Source: Neodothiora populina (lineage: Eukaryota). From it: DNA of 64,000 nucleotides. This document shows positions 58,053 through 64,000 of the stretch, one piece after another. Where the stretch lies: contig NW_027191406.1 in the NCBI RefSeq assembly GCF_041146345.1, positions 620,001-684,000 of the forward strand, read 5' to 3'. The notes under the pieces were generated by a model. The model did no database searches and was not told the origin of the DNA. It worked only from the letters and a program-made list of their open reading frames with translations. The position numbers and the translations under genes were made by a program. How positions within the stretch are numbered: position 1 is the first letter of the stretch; every line of letters starts with the position of its first letter.

Positions 58053-59583
58053 TACATGTAAACTGGCGACGAACATGACATGATCAGGACATGCCTTTCT
58101 TGACTGTAAGGAATGAAGGGGAGCAATAACAAAAGAACAAAACATTCGATTACAAGGAACCAAAAAGAAAAGGCAATCGCTTTGCCACTTGGGATAGTAT
58201 TTATTCCCAAGTACTGACTTGTGTCGTCCCCGTCCCAATAATGATGCGACTGCTGCTGACTAGTGGATGTACTTGTAATGGAAGGAGAGCAGATGGTCGT
58301 CCGTGATCTCCTTGGAAGTGACGTGTACTCAACGTATATCGAACCCAGATGACCGAGGACAAGGTATGCCAACCCAGCAAAAATCAAGACATCTTCTAGA
58401 AAACTAAACAGCAGGGAGAACAAACCCACCACTATAACTAGAAAGACGGACAAGAGAATATACGTACACAGCCTGATTCCCTGCACCTCCAGCCAGCCAG
58501 CCAGTTAAGCAGAGCGAAAGAGAAACAGGACGTAGAAGTAAAGAATGTGAAAATGAATAATAATGCAGCTTAGATCGCAAGAACAAGAACAATGTCATCA
58601 GACTCCAATCGCTGAACTGTATCAACGACTGCAATGTCTATGCAAGCATAAGACCCTGCAGTGTCTCTACTTCTGCTTGTTTTACTCAACCTTTCACATC
58701 AACCGTCAATCGTCCGTCATATAGAGTGCAGTGGATGTGAACGTGCAGCAGGCCGAAGCAATTGTCGCCCTAGATTCCGACACCGTACCAGTAAGTGAAT
58801 ACAATGGAAAAAAGGAGGAAGAGGGAGGGAGAAAGGACAGGGTTTCCCTCTGTATTCCTCACCACCCCTTCGCTTTGGGCCTATTCATTGCCTTTCGCAG
58901 ACTACAGTATAAGCCAGCCAGAAGAAAGATTCAACCGTCATCTACAGCAGTGCAGTGATGTGCATGTGCCTTACTCAACCATCTGTGCCTATGTACCTAT
59001 GCTGTCCATTGTTTTGACCTTACGTTACGTTGCGTTGCTTTTGCACTTGCAACACTCGCTTCGCTGTATGAATGGGCGGTTGGACGGTCACGTGGGGATC
59101 TGAGAGTTGATGTCATATTGCTTGTTAGACGAGATGGAGGAGTTGGAGTTTACTAAGGTATAATTCGCGAGGGGTTGGAAATTACTGGGACTGTACGGAG
59201 ATCAAAAACAGGATGGGGTTGGGGGAAAGGGTGGGTTCTCGCTTTACTGCAGATGTTCACGTTCTCTGGTATTGGGGTTTTCTTTTATCAATTTTGTGAT
59301 CTATCTGGTTACTTGATGAAGTACATCTGAATGCTAGAGATTCCAGAGCCAGACACATTTGAGGTTACGGATTTCCCCTTGAAAATGTCTGTCTTGGCCA
59401 GGGTGGATGTGTATGCTATATCGCCATCTTCCATCACGTGTGTGGTGGAAAGTCAATAGAAAAGAAAAAAAGAGGACAGTGTAACTCGCGCCAGGATATC
59501 AGCATGAACAAGTGATCTGGACCAAATTGGGTATATGGATAAGATAGCCACCTCCTACTCCCCCAGAATGCATACCAACTCCC

Positions 59584-60879
59584 TCAAAGCATTGCAACAA
59601 AGAAAACAGAAGTCAGAAATCCAACAATAACCAGCGCTCTGGTCACACCAGCGCGGCGATCCTGTTCCAGACCAGCATGAACACCAACGACCGCACCAGA
59701 AGTCTGAGCCTGCTCAATGATTCTTGGCACGTGGCGCTTCTCAACGTACGGCAGCGAGCGCTCCGAGATGTCGATGACAGGAATATCCAGAAGCGAGAAC
59801 CCAGGCGTTCCGTCACGCTTGGTCTTCGAGGACGAAGCGTCAGCCGTTTCCTGGTACATCTTGATCGAATTGATGAGCCAATACGCATTCGCGAAAGCGC
59901 CGGGCCGCTGCCCTACAAACGAAGTACAGTCCGAAACGCCCGTCTGCGCGGCACACCCTCCAGTGTTGTAGACTTGGTCTGGCCAGTTCTGCTTGCCGCA
60001 GAAACTCTGGTTGATGACGATGGAGAGGTTCGACAGGTGCGCGTCGAATTCGCAGCCTTGAAACTTGGCCACGGGCTTCTGCGACCATGAGGATGGGTCG
60101 GGCGAGGACCCGGCGGCGAGGTCTGCGGGGACGGTGCCACGTGGGTAGAACCAAAAGGTCAGGGCGTCTGCTTCCCAGAGCATGGCGTAGACTCCGCCGC
60201 CCTGCGTGTTGAACTTAGGTCCTGCGGTCGAGTGCGCTCGGACTTGACCATTCATTTTGATAGTGTCGTTGACCGGCGCAGTGATGGAGCAGCCTGCGTT
60301 TTTGGGTTGCACGGGATCGTTGACATCACAGTCCACGGTGGACATTGTGCCTGAAAAGGTAGAAGAGTCGTTGCGCACTGCGCAGCCTGCAGAGGTGTGT
60401 AGAGTAAAAGCGTTGGTGACTTGATTGTTCACGCCCTCGAGAATGTCAATCTCTCCGTTCTCTCCAGGCCAGACTGGATTGTGGGAAAGCATCCAAAGAG
60501 CAGGCCAGGAGCCGCAGCCGGAAGGAGAAGCCTGGATGTCCGCGACGAGAAGACCGTGAGTCCAAGCCTGCTGGGACTGTATGCGGACGCTCTGACGACC
60601 TGTAGTGGTGACGGACTTAAAGTCGACCCCGAGATACACAGACGAATCTGTCTGAGAGCCCCCGACGAGACCTATGAGCTCGTTCTTGATGGCTGTTTTG
60701 GAATCTACGTATTGCACAAAACCATCAGTGGGGTCACTGGCAGTGAAAAAGTCGAAAGTGTCGAAGAATGAGGCGCCTTGGAAGGAGTCCGAGAGAATGT
60801 AACGTGCATGTGCCGTCAAGGCAAGACATGACACAGCGACCAGCGCTGTCAGAGAAATGTTTGGGGATGCGGAAGGCAT
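59584..60879 (-). CDS. GH16 endo-1,3(4)-beta-glucanase (fungal Lam16A-like), secreted, with C-terminal hydrophobic/GPI-like tail
   Basis: Signal peptide, DPTDGFVQYVD, GRQSVRI, WPALW, catalytic GEIDILEGVN, GGGVYA and AYWLINSIKMY. Confidence 0.92.
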   Translation of the reverse strand: MPSASPNISLTALVAVSCLALTAHARYILSDSFQGASFFDTFDFFTASDPTDGFVQYVDSKTAIKNELIGLVGGSQTDSSVYLGVDFKSVTTTGRQSVRIQSQQAWTHGLLVADIQASPSGCGSWPALWMLSHNPVWPGENGEIDILEGVNNQVTNAFTLHTSAGCAVRNDSSTFSGTMSTVDCDVNDPVQPKNAGCSITAPVNDTIKMNGQVRAHSTAGPKFNTQGGGVYAMLWEADALTFWFYPRGTVPADLAAGSSPDPSSWSQKPVAKFQGCEFDAHLSNLSIVINQSFCGKQNWPDQVYNTGGCAAQTGVSDCTSFVGQRPGAFANAYWLINSIKMYQETADASSSKTKRDGTPGFSLLDIPVIDISERSLPYVEKRHVPRIIEQAQTSGAVVGVHAGLEQDRRAGVTRALVIVGFLTSVFFVAML

Positions 60880-61428
60880 ACTGATGATCTCGGTAAGAAA
60901 ATATAGCTTTTTGGAAGTTGATCAAGGAGAGTTGCTATTTGTAAGGACTGTGCAAGCGGGCACCGAAGCACTCGCAAGGTAATGATCGAATGCCGTGGCA
61001 GGAACAAGAAGGAAGGAGGAGAGTCTTGGACATGCTGATTCATATACTGCGAGCAAGGACATTGTCTCAATGGTTAGTTGCACAAGGGCGACAATGGAGG
61101 GGACAATGAGCGTGTGTAACAAAGGGTTCGAACAACGCAGCGGCAGCGCCTTCACGCTCTACCAATCGAGTGGTGGGGTCCATTGATAGCATTCTTTCAT
61201 TGATGTGTCATCCTATGGATGATATCTATTACAATTGGTTATCAAGGACAAGATGAAGTCGAGATGGGAATAGCAGGAAAGACTTAAGCGCCCGCAATGC
61301 GCGCTTACCAAAACTTGACCAATAGGGGACGTGCGCTGCGACTTTTCGTGAGTGATGAATTATGCCCAGCTCTTCTGGATAGGGACCTAGCAGCGTAGAA
61401 AAAAGATACATCATATCTCGATAGACAT

Positions 61429-63453
61429 TTACAACTTGCCCTCCGCCTGTGCTTCCCTGACCTGTTCAAAGACCTGTAAAATGGATTAGTACGGAACAAA
61501 CATTCATTGATTAGGGCCGGACTCACCTTGAGAAGCTTTCTGCGCGCTCCGAGTGCGTTCACACCTCTGGCTTCCAGTCCAGCATCGTCAAGTTGCACAA
61601 GCTCTTGCCAAGGGATCTCCTTGAGATTATCAGTGTACTTGTGTAGTCTCAAGCTACGAAGCCAATTGGGTACATCGGACAACAACGCGATGTCAGTAGG
61701 GTCCTCTGGGGGCTTGGAGCTTCCTCTACGCCCACGTGGGGAGCGACCGCGTGCGTCAGAGTGATCCGACAGATATCCCTCATGTGAGCCAGGCATGCCC
61801 ATGTTCATGCCCATGCCCATTCCCATGCCAAAGTTGCCGAGGTTCAAAGCGCCGAGACCGTTGTTGAGCAGAGTGGCCTGATCGTAAGCGGAGAGGAAAC
61901 CGTTGCTCTGAGGAATCGGCAGGCTGATGTTACCCATACCGGGCGGACCAGAGATTGCGATTCCAGGAGAGCTGGGTCGAGAACGAGAGCCCTGCTGTCC
62001 CTGAAGTTGAGCAAGCTGTTGTGCCTGCAACTGTGCAGCCTGCTGAGGAGTGAGGACTTGGCCGAGCTCGTTCGTCATGAGGATATTTGCGCTCGGCATG
62101 TTGTTCTGCATGTGCTGCTGACCCTGGCCTTCGCTTGAGCGAGCGCGACGGTACTTTTTGACATCGTCTAGCTGGATGCGGTTATTGACGGTCGACAAAG
62201 CAGCGAGTTTCATCGCGGTAGCGTTTGCAACCATATCTGCCTGGTTTGCACTCTGCTGCTGAGAGAAGTTTGGAACCATAGGAGTGTTGACCATGGAAGC
62301 CCAGCTGCCATTGGGGTTGTAGGGAGACAAGATAGACATGCCAGCTGCCGACTGATCAGGTGTGCTGATTGTAGTGTTCTGTAGGTTGGTATCACCAGAA
62401 AGTTGGAAAGGTCTCGGTGATCGCAGGCCGGCAGAGGCTGGGGGCTGAGCGAATTGACCCATAGGCTGGTGCTGCTGGCTCTGGGAAGACTTGGGTCGGG
62501 TGATGGGAGCAATGTTCTCACCACTGGGTTTGTTCCATGGCGAAGGGGAGAGCGGGGCTGCAGCGGCGTCCTTCTTGAGGCCATCATCGGGAGTGGAGAT
62601 TGTGGGGGCGATCAAGGAGGAGCGGTCGCCGATGGTGCTGTTGCGGTTTGAAGTGGGAGTATTGCCAGTGTGCTCTTTGAACTCAGCCTTTTGCTTAGCA
62701 ATGGCAGCCGCGGCATCGGGGAACATAGAGTTGATAGTATTGGGGTCTAGACCAGATGCACGCTTTGCACCGGGCGAAGGAGGAGGCTTGCCAAAACCAA
62801 AAGAGCCGCGCGAGGAGTCGATGTTGAGCTTGTTCATGGCGTCGTTGAGACGAGCGGACATGGGATCTGTGTGATGATGCCGATTAGCATGTGTCTCATG
62901 TACAAGGATTCTGCTGCTCTTCGGTACAGTGCTTACCTTTCTCGGCAAAGTTTGCTGGTGACAACACGCCAGACATGGGATGGCTCTTGGCCATTTGCTG
63001 CAGAACCTGGATGAAGAAACGAATCTGCACCTGAGTGGTCTGCTGCAACAAGGCGTAGAGAGCAGCGGTGCGTTCAGGCTCGCTGAGCACACGGAACCAC
63101 TGCTCGATGGCGCTCAGCTCATCCTTGAAATCCTGGTCCAAAGTGGCGGCAGCCATGTCTTCCAGTGTGGTCTCGTACTGGTCAATATCGGCAATCCACT
63201 GTTGCGCCGCCTTCTCCGCAGCGTCGTCAGCATTGTTGATGCCCTGACCTTGCTGAGACTGAGAAAAGTAAACCTCCGAAGCGGGACGAATGCCACGAGT
63301 GGCAAGGGGCGATGAGGCGGAGAAGGCGCCCATGTCAGCAGACGCGCGCAGATGGTGGCCGGCAGCCATGTTGCGAGACGAAGGGGGTCTCAAGGTCGAG
63401 CTCGACGCCTCAGGCGTGCTGTTGCGGTTGCCAATCATGTGGCTGGCCGACAT
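61429..63453 (-). CDS. VTS1: SAM-domain RNA-binding protein Vts1 (Smaug family); exons 63453-62937, 62866-61527, 61473-61429
   Basis: [25 protein letters not shown] and SAM domain [39 protein letters not shown]. Confidence 0.95.
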
Positions 63454-64000
63454 GTTGACTGAATATCGGATACTTTCAGTGAAATCTGGCCTCACTTGAC
63501 CAATCCTGGTTGCTGGAAGATCAAACCCCAAGCTTTGTTGTGGTTTTCAAGTGAATCTCGAAGTCAGAGATAACCGAACAAACAGTAGATGTGCAAAGAG
63601 ACACCTGTATCTTGTCGCCTGAAGTGAACAAAACAAGTAGATCGGCGGAAAGGAGTGTAATAAGTGATGCGAATTACTGTCGGAGAGCCTGCAGTTCCTG
63701 CTGACCTCAAAGGTCTCCGCTGAGTGTGGGTTTTTCTTAGGACGTGGTGTATAGGAGTTTTGATGGATTGTGTTTGCAAGTCAAATCAAATGACTAGCGC
63801 GAGCTGCTTCTTCCGTACACCAAACGATTTCGCCGTGGTTGCGCGACCGTTGAATGCTAAGCCAGATGCTTGCCTCCTGTGTGGACGGAGCTTTGACTCG
63901 GTTAATTTCTTGACGTTGACAAGGGCGAGGGAGAGAGAGAGGGGGCAACGGTGGGAGGGAGAGTAAGTAGAAGTACAAGACCGCAAACCCAATGCAGAAA

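Noticed and set aside
61429..61440. Vts1 C-terminal GKL as a PTS1 signal; also TGA-CTA read-through contexts for all genes
   Set aside because: GKL is a weak PTS1 variant on a cytosolic RNA-binding protein, and none of the called stops has a TGA-CTA context.
1..64000. Transposons, RIP-degraded AT-rich blocks, tRNA/rRNA genes, CRISPR arrays
   Set aside because: No transposase/RT motifs, LTRs, TIRs, AT-rich islands, cloverleafs or repeat-spacer arrays were seen by eye.

Overview
Gene-dense (~23 genes in 64 kb), intron-containing DNA from a filamentous ascomycete, probably Dothideomycetes given the CMR1-THR1 linkage (taxonomy is inference). The left end holds part of the DHN-melanin locus: the CMR1/Amr1/Zmr1-type C2H2+Zn2Cys6 regulator and trihydroxynaphthalene reductase, with no PKS in the window. 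The rest is housekeeping genes, many in head-to-head pairs: APC1, NUP37, AMSH deubiquitinase, MTF1, MRPL36, a flavin-reductase-domain protein, TAF5, MED11, eIF3k, TSR4, PCP1, a conserved hypothetical protein, ANT1, PalB, PFK, ETR1, a BTB protein, a KH protein, eIF2A, a GH16 glucanase and VTS1. Gene names come from recalled family motifs and splice sites were read by hand; no database search was run. The best-supported hidden feature is a dual-guide box C/D snoRNA (U44/snoR18-like) in eIF3k intron 1. Weaker candidates are a structured non-coding element between THR1 and APC1, a GC-AG intron in palB, CDK-site tandem repeats in PCP1, and degenerate KH-like repeats fused to a flavin reductase. I saw no transposon, tRNA, rRNA or CRISPR array, and I cannot support a claim of a wholly new multi-gene system here.
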